NCBI GenBank assembly: GCA_015523565.1
Contig: WAKA01000140.1
Coordinates: 1 to 34,789, forward strand
Source: Candidatus Heimdallarchaeota archaeon
GTDB taxonomy: Archaea > Asgardarchaeota > Heimdallarchaeia > Heimdallarchaeales > Kariarchaeaceae
DNA length: 34,789 nt
Direction: 5' to 3'
The position numbers were made by a program, and so were the translations under genes. Numbering within the stretch: position 1 is the first letter of the stretch; each line of letters opens with the position of its first letter. This document shows, piece by piece, positions 18,485-27,377 of this stretch. The notes below the pieces were generated by a model, which had not been told where the DNA came from, ran no database searches, and saw only the letters and a list, made by a program, of their open reading frames with translations.

Positions 18485-18796
18485 ATGAAGGCAATTTGTG
18501 AAACTGTGACAACAGTTGCATCATCACAAGATGCGGAAAAAATTATCGAGGAATTGACAAAACGAAAACTAGTTGCTTGCATCCAGCAAATTCCCATTAC
18601 ATCAACATATTATTGGGAAGGGAAATGGCAAGTTGATCCTGAGATTGAATTGAAGCTAAAACATTCCCTTAGATCAAAAGATGCGGTATTGGAACTATTG
18701 AAGGAAATACATCCATATGACACTCCTCAAATAATTACATGGACTGTGGATGCATCCGATGATTATGCAAAATGGGTAAATGAGACATGCGAATAA
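18485..18796 (+). CDS. cutA: Divalent-cation tolerance protein CutA
   Basis: KLVACIQ, ITSTYYWEGK, E..L.LK and IHPYDTPQII; start placed at ATG 18485. Confidence 0.9.
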   Translation: MKAICETVTTVASSQDAEKIIEELTKRKLVACIQQIPITSTYYWEGKWQVDPEIELKLKHSLRSKDAVLELLKEIHPYDTPQIITWTVDASDDYAKWVNETCE

Positions 18797-18876
18797 AAAT
18801 TATGTAAATAGAAATTCTTCCCTAGAGTGGCGCTATCAATATTAATCTATGACTCAACATCTTGAGTGTACTTCTT

Positions 18877-18890
18877 GAAAAATTTTAATA
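18877..18890 (+). promoter_or_regulatory. Putative BRE + TATA box of the tRNA-His gene
   Basis: GAAAAA followed by TTTTAATA. The spacing predicts a transcription start near G18914, the first base of the leader arm that pairs with the trailer. Confidence 0.55.
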
Positions 18891-18941
18891 ACCTTGTTAT
18901 TCATCATTAAATTGGAACAGGCATTCCCACAATGTAAATTT

Positions 18942-19058
18942 GACCCGATGGTGTAATGGTAACATTGGGGATTGTGGCAGTTCGCTGCAAATCTCCCTAG
19001 CTGTGGGTTCGATAATCACATAGTTGTGTGCTTGTGGTCGAAAGTCCCACTCGGGTCA
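18942..19058 (+). tRNA. tRNA-His(GUG) with two introns (18978-18992 at 37/38; 19014-19044 at 59/60); CCA not encoded
   Basis: Acceptor GACCCGA/TCGGGTC, D arm GTGT-AATGGTA-ACAT, anticodon stem GGGGA/TCCCT with spliced loop TTGTGGC (anticodon 18974-18976), T stem GTGGG/CCCAC with spliced loop TTCGATT, discriminator A19058. Both introns fold into hBHBh' motifs. Confidence 0.92.
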
Positions 19059-19069
19059 TTGCCTGTTCC

Positions 19070-19077
19070 TTTTTTTT
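19070..19077 (+). terminator. Oligo-T archaeal terminator after the tRNA
   Basis: T8 run starting 12 nt after the discriminator base. Confidence 0.65.
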
Positions 19078-19111
19078 CTCATTCATTTAGCCCCATTAGG
19101 CATTTTTAAGT

Positions 19112-20476
19112 GTGCATCAATCATGCTTTCTTGTGTTCAAACTCCATTTTGAATTTCTAAAAAGCAATCAACTCTTAGGGCTATCAACCTTTCAATTTTT
19201 GGCTTTTTTCAGACGTGCAATATTCTATACCTTTGTCATTGTATATTTGCGTGAAAATATGGGATTGACAACAACACAGGTCACGCTTTTGGGAACTATC
19301 GGAATGATTGCAAATACCTTGGCTCAAACACTTTTGTGGGGGAGAATACTTGATCGGGCTCATAGACCGACTCTATTTATCTCTGTAGGGGAAATGATTG
19401 CTGGAATTGGACATTTTTTTGTGTTTTTCTGGCATAAGTCACTTCTCAAAAGTGGTTCACTATTACAGGCAGGTTTCTCAATCATATTGGGATTGGCAAC
19501 CATCGAAATCTTTTGGAGCATGTCCAATGTGGGATGGTCTGCCATAATTTCAGATCTTACACTGAAAACAGAAAGGTCCCAGCTAATGGCATTGCTCTCT
19601 TTCATTGGCGGCATTGGTGGATTATTCGGTGCCACTGTTGGTGGGTTTCTCTTCATGGATGGTCTTGGTTTCTCTGAGGGGACATTGTTCTACTTTCCTG
19701 CTGTGGTTATGATATTATCTGGTTTTATCGTTGTAATGACCATAAAGGAATCATCTGTTAAGGAAGTGATTGCCAAAGTCAATTCAAATGGAGATGAAAA
19801 TGGGGAACAAACCCACAATGAATACCTTAAATTCAAGGAAATCCCCAATCACAATCTGATTTTGCTTTTTCTGGTAGTCCTTGTGCTTGTCAACTTTGGT
19901 AGGAACTCCGTGATTTTAATCACACAACTTTATCTTGCTTCCGATATTGGGTTTAATGTTGGCGGAAACGGGTTGGGTCTTTTCAGAAACATAAGTTCAA
20001 TTGCTGTAATGTTTTGGAGCATTGTTCTCAATTCAAAACACCTCAAAGGAAAAGAAAAGGAAATGTTCATTTTTGGCATCCTATGTGTAATCATGGGTTA
20101 CATTTGGCTTATCTTCTCTCCAAGCTTTGGGCTGTCTCTAATTAGCGCTTTCTTGATCGGAACTTCACAAATCGTGATTCAGGTGACAAGTTACACTCTT
20201 ATTTCCACTTTAATTCCACCTTCTTGGAGAGGTAGAATTTTCTCTTGGTACAATGCAACATTCATGCTGTCCTTTGGAATTGCAGGTACCCTAATTACGG
20301 GTCCCATCAGCGATTATTTGATTTATGGTCGCGGATATTCAGATCTTTTTGCCTATCGCATTGCGTTTATTGCTGCAATCATAATTGTCACTTTTGGCTT
20401 AATCCTTTTCTTCCCTCTAAGAAAGGCATTCCAATTACAACTTGCCAATGACGACATGTCTAGGGAAATTTCATAA
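19112..20476 (+). CDS. Major facilitator superfamily transporter
   Basis: About 12 hydrophobic segments, motif-A-like WGRILDRAHR, and ISDL....ER and IPPSWRGR motifs. Exact start uncertain. Confidence 0.88.
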   Translation: MHQSCFLVFKLHFEFLKSNQLLGLSTFQFLAFFRRAIFYTFVIVYLRENMGLTTTQVTLLGTIGMIANTLAQTLLWGRILDRAHRPTLFISVGEMIAGIGHFFVFFWHKSLLKSGSLLQAGFSIILGLATIEIFWSMSNVGWSAIISDLTLKTERSQLMALLSFIGGIGGLFGATVGGFLFMDGLGFSEGTLFYFPAVVMILSGFIVVMTIKESSVKEVIAKVNSNGDENGEQTHNEYLKFKEIPNHNLILLFLVVLVLVNFGRNSVILITQLYLASDIGFNVGGNGLGLFRNISSIAVMFWSIVLNSKHLKGKEKEMFIFGILCVIMGYIWLIFSPSFGLSLISAFLIGTSQIVIQVTSYTLISTLIPPSWRGRIFSWYNATFMLSFGIAGTLITGPISDYLIYGRGYSDLFAYRIAFIAAIIIVTFGLILFFPLRKAFQLQLANDDMSREIS

Positions 20477-20498
20477 GCTTTCTCTCTGTTATTAAATT

Positions 20499-21971
20499 AT
20501 GAGTTATATCCTCACTATTGATCAAGGAACCTCAAGTACACGTTCGCTTGTGATAAACGAGAAGGCTCAAATTGTCTCTTCCTCACAAATGGAACATAAA
20601 CAATATTATCCTGCAGAGGCTTGGGTGGAGCATGACCCCTTGGAAATTAAGGAAAATGTCCTGAAAACAATGAAGGAAGCTGTAAACTCTGCAAAAATTG
20701 ATTGGAACGAGATTAAGTCCATCGGGGTGACTAACCAACGGGAAACTGTTGTCGCTTGGAATAAATCTACGGGAATTCCATTGGCAAATGCAATTGTTTG
20801 GCAATGCCGAAGGACAGCCCCAATGATTCAACAGCTTATCAATGATGGCTATCGTGATGTATTTCATGAAAAGACAGGCTTAGTGCTGGACGCCTACTTT
20901 TCTGGTACAAAAATAAAATGGTTAACGGAAAACGTCCCAAAGGTTTCAGAATCCTTGAAAAACAGCGAACTTGCAGTTGGTACAATTGACTCATGGATTA
21001 TCTACTTTTTGACAGGCAATCACAAAACAGATGCATCAAATGCAAGCAGAACCTTGCTGTATAATCTGAATAATATGGAATGGGATAATGAACTAGGTGA
21101 AATCTTGAAAATTCCTATTTCCATTCTTCCTGATGTAAATCCCAACAATGCAGAGCCATTTGGCTATTTCGAAATAGAGGGAAATCAAATCCCCATTCGA
21201 GGGGTTCTAGGCGACCAACAGGCGGCATTGTTTGGACATGGTGCATTCAATGAAGGAGATATGAAATCCACTTATGGAACTGGAAACTTTATCCTGATGA
21301 ATACTGGATCTGAAAGGAAATTCTCGAAAAATGGATTGTTGACAACTGTTGGATGGCAAATCGGAAACCAAATGACATATGCCGTAGAAGGAAGCGTCTT
21401 TATTACTGGTGCCGCGTTACTTTGGTTGAGAGATGGACTGGGTTTAATAAATGACTATAGTGAAATAGACAGACTTGTTGATAATCATTCTCCCACTTCA
21501 GAGTTGTTCTTTGTTCCTGCCTTCGTGGGATTGGGTGCACCGCATTGGGATTCAAGTGCAAGGGGAATGATGATTGGCATTACCCGTGATACAAACAAAA
21601 AAGATATCGTATATGCAACACTGGAAAGCATTGCATACCAGACAGATGACCTGATTAACGTGATGAAATTGGACACTAACATGTCATTTGATAAACTCAG
21701 GGTTGATGGAGGCATTACACGTTCCAAAGCATTAATGCAAAGGCAAGCCGATATCTCCCGTGTTGAAATTATTGTTCCTGAAAACATAGAGACCACTGCA
21801 TTGGGTGCAGGGTTGATGGCAGGGCTTGGATCCATTTGGGAAGACCTTGATACACTTAGGGAATTGAATCCCCCGAAAGAATCCTATACACCTTCCACAG
21901 ATGAAGGTAAGGAGCTGAAACGAAAAGAAAAATGGAAAGAAGCTGTGAACCGCAGTAAATCATGGGCTTGA
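20499..21971 (+). CDS. glpK: Glycerol kinase
   Basis: IDQGTSSTR, TNQRET, WQCRRT, YFSGTK, GDQQAALFG, KSTYGTG, PAFVGLGAPHW and RVDGG. Confidence 0.95.
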   Translation: MSYILTIDQGTSSTRSLVINEKAQIVSSSQMEHKQYYPAEAWVEHDPLEIKENVLKTMKEAVNSAKIDWNEIKSIGVTNQRETVVAWNKSTGIPLANAIVWQCRRTAPMIQQLINDGYRDVFHEKTGLVLDAYFSGTKIKWLTENVPKVSESLKNSELAVGTIDSWIIYFLTGNHKTDASNASRTLLYNLNNMEWDNELGEILKIPISILPDVNPNNAEPFGYFEIEGNQIPIRGVLGDQQAALFGHGAFNEGDMKSTYGTGNFILMNTGSERKFSKNGLLTTVGWQIGNQMTYAVEGSVFITGAALLWLRDGLGLINDYSEIDRLVDNHSPTSELFFVPAFVGLGAPHWDSSARGMMIGITRDTNKKDIVYATLESIAYQTDDLINVMKLDTNMSFDKLRVDGGITRSKALMQRQADISRVEIIVPENIETTALGAGLMAGLGSIWEDLDTLRELNPPKESYTPSTDEGKELKRKEKWKEAVNRSKSWA

Positions 21972-22020
21972 ACAATAATTTTTCCCGAATTATTCTTAAA
22001 TCCATTTTCGATGAATAATT

Positions 22021-24456
22021 ATGAAATTTTCTGGATTCCTCAAGACTTTGGGAATATTCCTGTTAGGTCTAATCATTTTATTGTCATCCACTGTCTATCT
22101 AGTATACCACAACACAGGGGATTCTTTTTCAGAAGTTCAGTCATCATTTCTTTCAGCCCCTGTCAAGGTTTATAGGGATGCATTGGGTACTCCTACCATA
22201 ATTGGGGAAAACCTAAAGGACGTGCTGTTTGCACAGGGATATGAGTTTGCCCGTGATCGACTGTGGCAACTTGAATTTTATCGATCTGTTGCAGCAGGAG
22301 AACTATCACGTCTATTCGGAAAAGACCTTGTCAATGCAGACAAGGCATTACGAAAAATGGGTATCTATAGAGCCGCTGAAGTGGCCGCTTCAAAACTCTC
22401 TCCACAATTTGTTGATTATCTTGAAGCATATGTCGCAGGTGTAAATGAATATATACAAACCCATCAAAATGCATTGCCACTTGAATTCCAGATATTAGGC
22501 GTCAAACCAAAACAACTGACAATAGTGAATGTCATTTCTATGCAAGGTGTCATGTCTTTTACCTTGGCATATGCTGGATTGTCTGCTGAGCTCCAAAGAC
22601 TGCAATTGGTCAAAAAAGTCGGCGGTGAAAAATCTCTTGAAATCTTGCCAGTTGATTATAAACCTGCGGCAGATTATCTGAGAAATGTAACTGTAAATGA
22701 CGTTGGTGCACTCGGAACTGATATGTCAAAAAACGCTCTTATCAAGGTTTTTGGAGATCTTCAAAAGCTTGCAATGGGTGTTGGCTCCAATAATTGGGTT
22801 GTCAGCGGCAAGCTTACCCAAAGTGGAAAACCCATTCTGGCAAATGACATGCATCTTGACCTTTCCGCACCTGGGATATGGTATCAGGTTCAACTAATTG
22901 CAAAAGACGGTTCATTGCATGTCCAAGGTTTTGCACTGCCAGGCATTCCATTCATTATTGCGGGTCACAATGAAAAAATCGCTTGGGGCTATACAAACAC
23001 AAGGCTTGATGCCGTTGATCTGTTCTATCTGAAAAGAAATGAAACTCATTATCTAGTAAATGATACTGTCTGGGTGCCATTCGATAAAAAAGTTGAAACT
23101 ATTGAAGTAAAGGGTTCTGATCCCGTTGAATTCTCTTATGAACTTTCCAAATTCGGTGTGATGGATACGATTGATGGAACCGAATACGCAATCCGATGGA
23201 CTCTGACAGAGGGTTATGAAAGGGATCAAATAATTCGGGCAATTTTTGGATTGAATGTCGCTGAAAATGTCAATGACATTCATGAAGCTCTGAGATATTT
23301 TGCAGTGCCTGGTCAAAATGTAGTATTTGCAACAGTTGATGGTCAAATTGGTTACCAATTCGCTGGATTGATCCCCCTCCGAAAAAATGGATTTGGATTA
23401 TTGCCTCAAAATGGAAGCAATGGAAATAACGACTGGATAGGGGAAGTTCCCTATGAAGACCAGCTATTTGTAGTTGATCCCCAAAAGGGTTATTTTGTAA
23501 CTGCAAACCAAGATGTAGATACAAGACATCAATTCTACATCAGTGACATGTATGATGTTGCTTATCGGGCAAAACGTATCAGTCAAATACTTGAAAACCA
23601 AACCAACTTTGATCTGCCTAGTGGAAAATTTTCAGAACAGGACATCATCAGAATACAAGCTGACGTTTACACCCTTGCCGCAGAAGATATCTTGGATCCC
23701 GTAATTGGTTCATTGATGTCATATGACTTCTCTTCACTTACTGATGACACCAATATGGTTGCTGATGCCCTATCATTGCTGAAGAATTGGGACAAAAAAG
23801 TTATCGCGTCTTCCACCGCGGCTACAATTTTTGTAACATTCAGGATACATTATGTGCATCAGACATTTAGTGATGAATTGGGTTACAATCTCACAAATGA
23901 CATTAATTATAGAAGTCATGGCGCATTGGTAAGATTCCTGAAAAATCCAGAGAATGTAACATGGTTTGACAATGTCAATACAACAACCAAAGAAAATTAT
24001 GTTGACATTGCTGCCCAAGCATTAGTCAATGCAATTGCACAACTAAAGGAAAATTTGGGTGATGATATGTCGAAATGGACTTGGGGATCCTTGCATCAGG
24101 TGACCTTTGTTCATCCAATGGGCGCTGTTCTTTCATTTTTGAATGTTGGTTCTGCCCCATCAAATGGTTCAACCTTTACTGTAAATGCGGGTGGCGGATA
24201 TGGTTGGGATGTAAGGAATCTTGACTATTCACAAGCATTTGGATCTTCAGAAAGAATTGTGGCAAGAGTTGAATCAAGCTGGTCTAATGTTTATGGTATC
24301 ACACCCCCTGGAATTAGTGGAAACAGGTTTTCTAAGCACTATGGCGATCGATTTGATGATTGGCGATATGTCCGCCTCACAAAATGGACATTTGGTGAAA
24401 AAAACGTCATAGAAACTCAGCAATTGGCTGTGGAATACAAAAAGGAGGAATTATGA
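22021..24456 (+). CDS. Penicillin acylase family (S45) Ntn-hydrolase with N-terminal membrane anchor/signal
   Basis: RD..G.PTI, AQGY..ARDRLWQLE, autocatalytic GSNNWVV, ANDMHL, TANQ, YRA.RI, W.WG.LH and G.SG...S.HY.D. Confidence 0.92.
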   Translation: MKFSGFLKTLGIFLLGLIILLSSTVYLVYHNTGDSFSEVQSSFLSAPVKVYRDALGTPTIIGENLKDVLFAQGYEFARDRLWQLEFYRSVAAGELSRLFGKDLVNADKALRKMGIYRAAEVAASKLSPQFVDYLEAYVAGVNEYIQTHQNALPLEFQILGVKPKQLTIVNVISMQGVMSFTLAYAGLSAELQRLQLVKKVGGEKSLEILPVDYKPAADYLRNVTVNDVGALGTDMSKNALIKVFGDLQKLAMGVGSNNWVVSGKLTQSGKPILANDMHLDLSAPGIWYQVQLIAKDGSLHVQGFALPGIPFIIAGHNEKIAWGYTNTRLDAVDLFYLKRNETHYLVNDTVWVPFDKKVETIEVKGSDPVEFSYELSKFGVMDTIDGTEYAIRWTLTEGYERDQIIRAIFGLNVAENVNDIHEALRYFAVPGQNVVFATVDGQIGYQFAGLIPLRKNGFGLLPQNGSNGNNDWIGEVPYEDQLFVVDPQKGYFVTANQDVDTRHQFYISDMYDVAYRAKRISQILENQTNFDLPSGKFSEQDIIRIQADVYTLAAEDILDPVIGSLMSYDFSSLTDDTNMVADALSLLKNWDKKVIASSTAATIFVTFRIHYVHQTFSDELGYNLTNDINYRSHGALVRFLKNPENVTWFDNVNTTTKENYVDIAAQALVNAIAQLKENLGDDMSKWTWGSLHQVTFVHPMGAVLSFLNVGSAPSNGSTFTVNAGGGYGWDVRNLDYSQAFGSSERIVARVESSWSNVYGITPPGISGNRFSKHYGDRFDDWRYVRLTKWTFGEKNVIETQQLAVEYKKEEL

Positions 24457-24851
24457 TGGAAGGAAAAATCATTCTTCAATTTGCATTTGCAATGCTCGGA
24501 TTATTCACCTCTTTAATGGCCACTCGCTTGGATATCTTAGCTAGTATCCTAGTGTTAGGCGGCTTTGCCCTAATTGCAATAGACCGTCTTGTCTTGCTAT
24601 CCTTTATTCAACTGAAAAGATTGACGGAGAAACAATATAAGGTTCATAAAATCCTTGGAATTGTCTTTCCCTTGTTGCTCTTAATGGGATTGCTGTTTGG
24701 GAAGATTCTTCCAGGGGATACAATATTCTCTATTCCCTTTGGATACTTTTTCCAATTAAGCTTGGCTTATACAATCTGTGTCATTCTATCGATAAAAATG
24801 CTTTTTGTTTCATACAATGAATCTCACTTGGATACTTCTACCAATTCCTGA
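24453..24851 (+). CDS. Hypothetical membrane protein (about 4 TM)
   Basis: ATGA overlap with the acylase stop, GGAGG SD upstream, four hydrophobic segments. Confidence 0.7.
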   Translation: MMEGKIILQFAFAMLGLFTSLMATRLDILASILVLGGFALIAIDRLVLLSFIQLKRLTEKQYKVHKILGIVFPLLLLMGLLFGKILPGDTIFSIPFGYFFQLSLAYTICVILSIKMLFVSYNESHLDTSTNS

Positions 24852-25501
24852 ACAAGTTTTGGTTTGTCTGTTATTATTGCATCCACATTCAGCTTTCTCA
24901 TTCTCTTTATCCATTTCTCCCTGTTGACAGTCCATGGATGAATTTCTATCCCATTTTTATGTGCCCAATCGACATGCTTTTTCCTTAACAATAAGAAAAG
25001 TGGATTTATCGAATAAAGTCCATTCAATTTTCTATTGACCTGATCCCATTTTTTCAATCTTGGAAGGACACAAAGAAATGCCCCTCTGATTTTCGGGACT
25101 TCTTTACAAACTCCCAATAACGCTTTATAATTGAAGCTTGAAACATAAATCCTTTCAAGTTCTGTATTCTCCTTCAAAAATTTTGCAAGTTCCTTCCCCA
25201 ATATGCGGGGGTCTTTATTGTCTTTTGGGACTTTTAATTCTATATTGAGGTTTATATCCAATTTCAATACATCTTCAAGCAATGGTGGAACATAATCCAA
25301 ATTTTCTTTTATTTCCTCATATGGTGTCTCTTCAATAACCAATCCATTGGGAATTTTAAAATCATGATATACAACCCATTGTTCATCCAATGATTTATGG
25401 ACATCCAATTCAACAAAATGGAACCCTTCACTTTTTGCCCTTTTAAATGCCTCTATTGTATTTTCTGGATCTCCCAACCCCCTATGGCAGATTATTTCCA
25501 T
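24824..25501 (-). CDS. Glycerophosphodiester phosphodiesterase (GDPD/UgpQ-like)
   Basis: HRG, PENTIEAF, ELDV, HD, NIELK, SSF, WTVN and IITD.P. Confidence 0.92.
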   Translation of the reverse strand: MEIICHRGLGDPENTIEAFKRAKSEGFHFVELDVHKSLDEQWVVYHDFKIPNGLVIEETPYEEIKENLDYVPPLLEDVLKLDINLNIELKVPKDNKDPRILGKELAKFLKENTELERIYVSSFNYKALLGVCKEVPKIRGAFLCVLPRLKKWDQVNRKLNGLYSINPLFLLLRKKHVDWAHKNGIEIHPWTVNREKWIKRMRKLNVDAIITDKPKLVQELVEVSK

Positions 25502-25545
25502 GATTTTGCATCATCCCTGTTCTATTTAATCTTGATGTCCATCAG

Positions 25546-25989
25546 TTAAACCGCCATTAAAAGAAGAAATAAAAATATCAACCCAATAATTGCAGATCCT
25601 GTGGGGTATTCCCTTACTATTTCTTTTGTAACTATGTAGAACCCCTTTAAACCGTATTTCCTAATCCATTTGAAATTCAACATTTTACTTGAAAACAATG
25701 TTTTCTCTTTTACTTTTATTTCTGGAATGAATTTGGTCAGGATCCACAAAAAAAAGAATGGGGAAAATACGAGCATCGCAAGAGCCAATAACTTTCCTAA
25801 TGCATTGCTTTTCCCAATCCATCGTAACATCAAGAAAATGCCAATATATGCCATGGAAAGAAATACCCATTTCTCATATCTCTTCCAAAATTTCCTGAAA
25901 ATCAATTCTGGTTTATCTAATATTTCTACCATGTTCGATGAAAACCTTTGAAATTTTGATGAAACCTTTTGCTTTATGCCTTCTTTCAT
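25546..25989 (-). CDS. Hypothetical basic membrane protein (about 3 TM)
   Basis: 147-aa ORF filling the gap, with three hydrophobic segments. Confidence 0.65.
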   Translation of the reverse strand: MKEGIKQKVSSKFQRFSSNMVEILDKPELIFRKFWKRYEKWVFLSMAYIGIFLMLRWIGKSNALGKLLALAMLVFSPFFFLWILTKFIPEIKVKEKTLFSSKMLNFKWIRKYGLKGFYIVTKEIVREYPTGSAIIGLIFLFLLLMAV

Positions 25990-26084
25990 ACAAATAAAAT
26001 TAACAGAAAACGATTAAACTTTTTCTTCAAAACTAATTTAGTTGTTACCCACATTTTATTAACTATAATTGCATTCACAAAATC

Positions 26085-26843
26085 ATGGACTTTACAGCTT
26101 TTGGATTAATCCTTTTGACATTTCTTCTTGGTATTAAACATAGCTTAGATGCAGACCATGTAGTGGCTATTTCATCAATAATTACAAGGTCTCCCTCTCT
26201 TAAAAACACCCTGAAACTTTCCACATCTTGGGCAATGGGGCATATGTTAACCGCGACAGTTATCACATTCATTCTATTTACATTCAAAGAGCAAGTTTTA
26301 TCCCGGTATCTTTCAAGTTTTGAATTTGTTGTTGCAATCATGTTAATTTTGATTGGAGTTTTAACAATCCTATGGGAATTCAACATTATCACTTGGGGTA
26401 AACACAGCCACGGACATATACATTATAAAGATAACGGGGTTGAAATTCATGCTGATGATCATGATCATGATCATGATAATGAGGATGTGGAACCACTTGA
26501 ACATGTCCATGTATTTAAAGCGGAAAAAGAACATCATGCAATATTTGGAATAGGAATTATTCATGGCTTGGCTTCAAATGATGAACTTCTTCTTTTATTC
26601 ACCTTGACTTTGGGAATTGATAATTTCTTATTAATTGTTTTTGGACTTTTTATATTTACTTTTGGTGTTGTTTTTGGGATGTCATTTTATGGAACTCTAC
26701 TAAATTCAATAAGTATTACTGCCAGAAGGGAAAAAATAATTCGATGGATGAATATCTCTATTGCTTTAATTGCAATCACTTATGCATTATATACGATTGC
26801 TGGTGGTGAAACTATTAATTTACTTCCATTTATTGGAGAGTGA
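26085..26843 (+). CDS. NiCoT/UreH-like nickel/cobalt transporter with His-rich loop
   Basis: LGIKHSLDADH (HX4DH signature), W..GH, His/Asp-rich loop and GIIHGLA. Confidence 0.85.
   Translation: MDFTAFGLILLTFLLGIKHSLDADHVVAISSIITRSPSLKNTLKLSTSWAMGHMLTATVITFILFTFKEQVLSRYLSSFEFVVAIMLILIGVLTILWEFNIITWGKHSHGHIHYKDNGVEIHADDHDHDHDNEDVEPLEHVHVFKAEKEHHAIFGIGIIHGLASNDELLLLFTLTLGIDNFLLIVFGLFIFTFGVVFGMSFYGTLLNSISITARREKIIRWMNISIALIAITYALYTIAGGETINLLPFIGE
26457..26477 (+). repeat. (GATCAT)3.5 microsatellite encoding DHDHDHD
   Basis: gatcatgatcatgatcatgat lies in the His-rich loop of the transporter. Confidence 0.8.
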
Positions 26844-27249
26844 CACTTTCCGAAAACTTTGGATAGTAATTGTTTACATCATTTGCTATTCTTCTAATTG
26901 CAGAAAAGAACTCATCATAGTCCATTGTTGGAAAAGGTAATTCTATTTTGGCATAGATATCATTACCCTCCAAGCAAAATTTTGTCAATAATGTCTTATA
27001 GTTTAACTCCAGCAGTTTTTCATAGGTCTTCTCGGAAGCCCTTACATTGTTCAAAAACAATGCCTTGAATTCAACCCATTTGGGGTCTTCTATTTTGAAC
27101 CTAATATCAAGGTCTATCCTCCCGAAATCTAACTCAACTTGGATGACATAGGTTAGCGATGTATCCTCTTCAATTATCTTTGAAGGCTTGATATTCAGCT
27201 TTTCTAAATATCCATCAATTTTTTTCCGCGATTGTGGATTTGAGCTCAC
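26830..27249 (-). CDS. YbjN / type III secretion chaperone-like fold protein
   Basis: YEKLLELNY...TKFCL...IYAKIELP..TMD.DEF..AIRRIA...NNYY pattern; start GTG. Confidence 0.65.
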   Translation of the reverse strand: MSSNPQSRKKIDGYLEKLNIKPSKIIEEDTSLTYVIQVELDFGRIDLDIRFKIEDPKWVEFKALFLNNVRASEKTYEKLLELNYKTLLTKFCLEGNDIYAKIELPFPTMDYDEFFSAIRRIANDVNNYYPKFSESVTLQ

Positions 27250-27377
27250 TATATTGGTTTTTTCAACTTAAGATAAAAACATTACAGTTATTTCTTAAAA
27301 TACACTTAGTGAAATATATCTAATCTTCTTTCTATCAGAAAGAAATATTAAACATGAACTTGAAAGAAATATAACAA

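Noticed and set aside
18852-18867. ACTCAA-CATC-TTGAGT inverted repeat upstream of the tRNA promoter
   Set aside because: Only 6 bp; plausible by chance without comparative data.
18994-19002. Alternative tRNA register using TCTCC (18992-18996) as the 3' anticodon stem
   Set aside because: It gives a 6-nt variable region and breaks the 3-nt bulge of the BHB; the TCCCT register gives a canonical 7-nt loop and an intact BHB.
18914-19069. The tRNA as a split/permuted tRNA or as an integration (att) site
   Set aside because: All tRNA parts are present in normal order, the leader/trailer stem has no BHB, and I saw no duplicated tRNA 3' end or integrase in the window.
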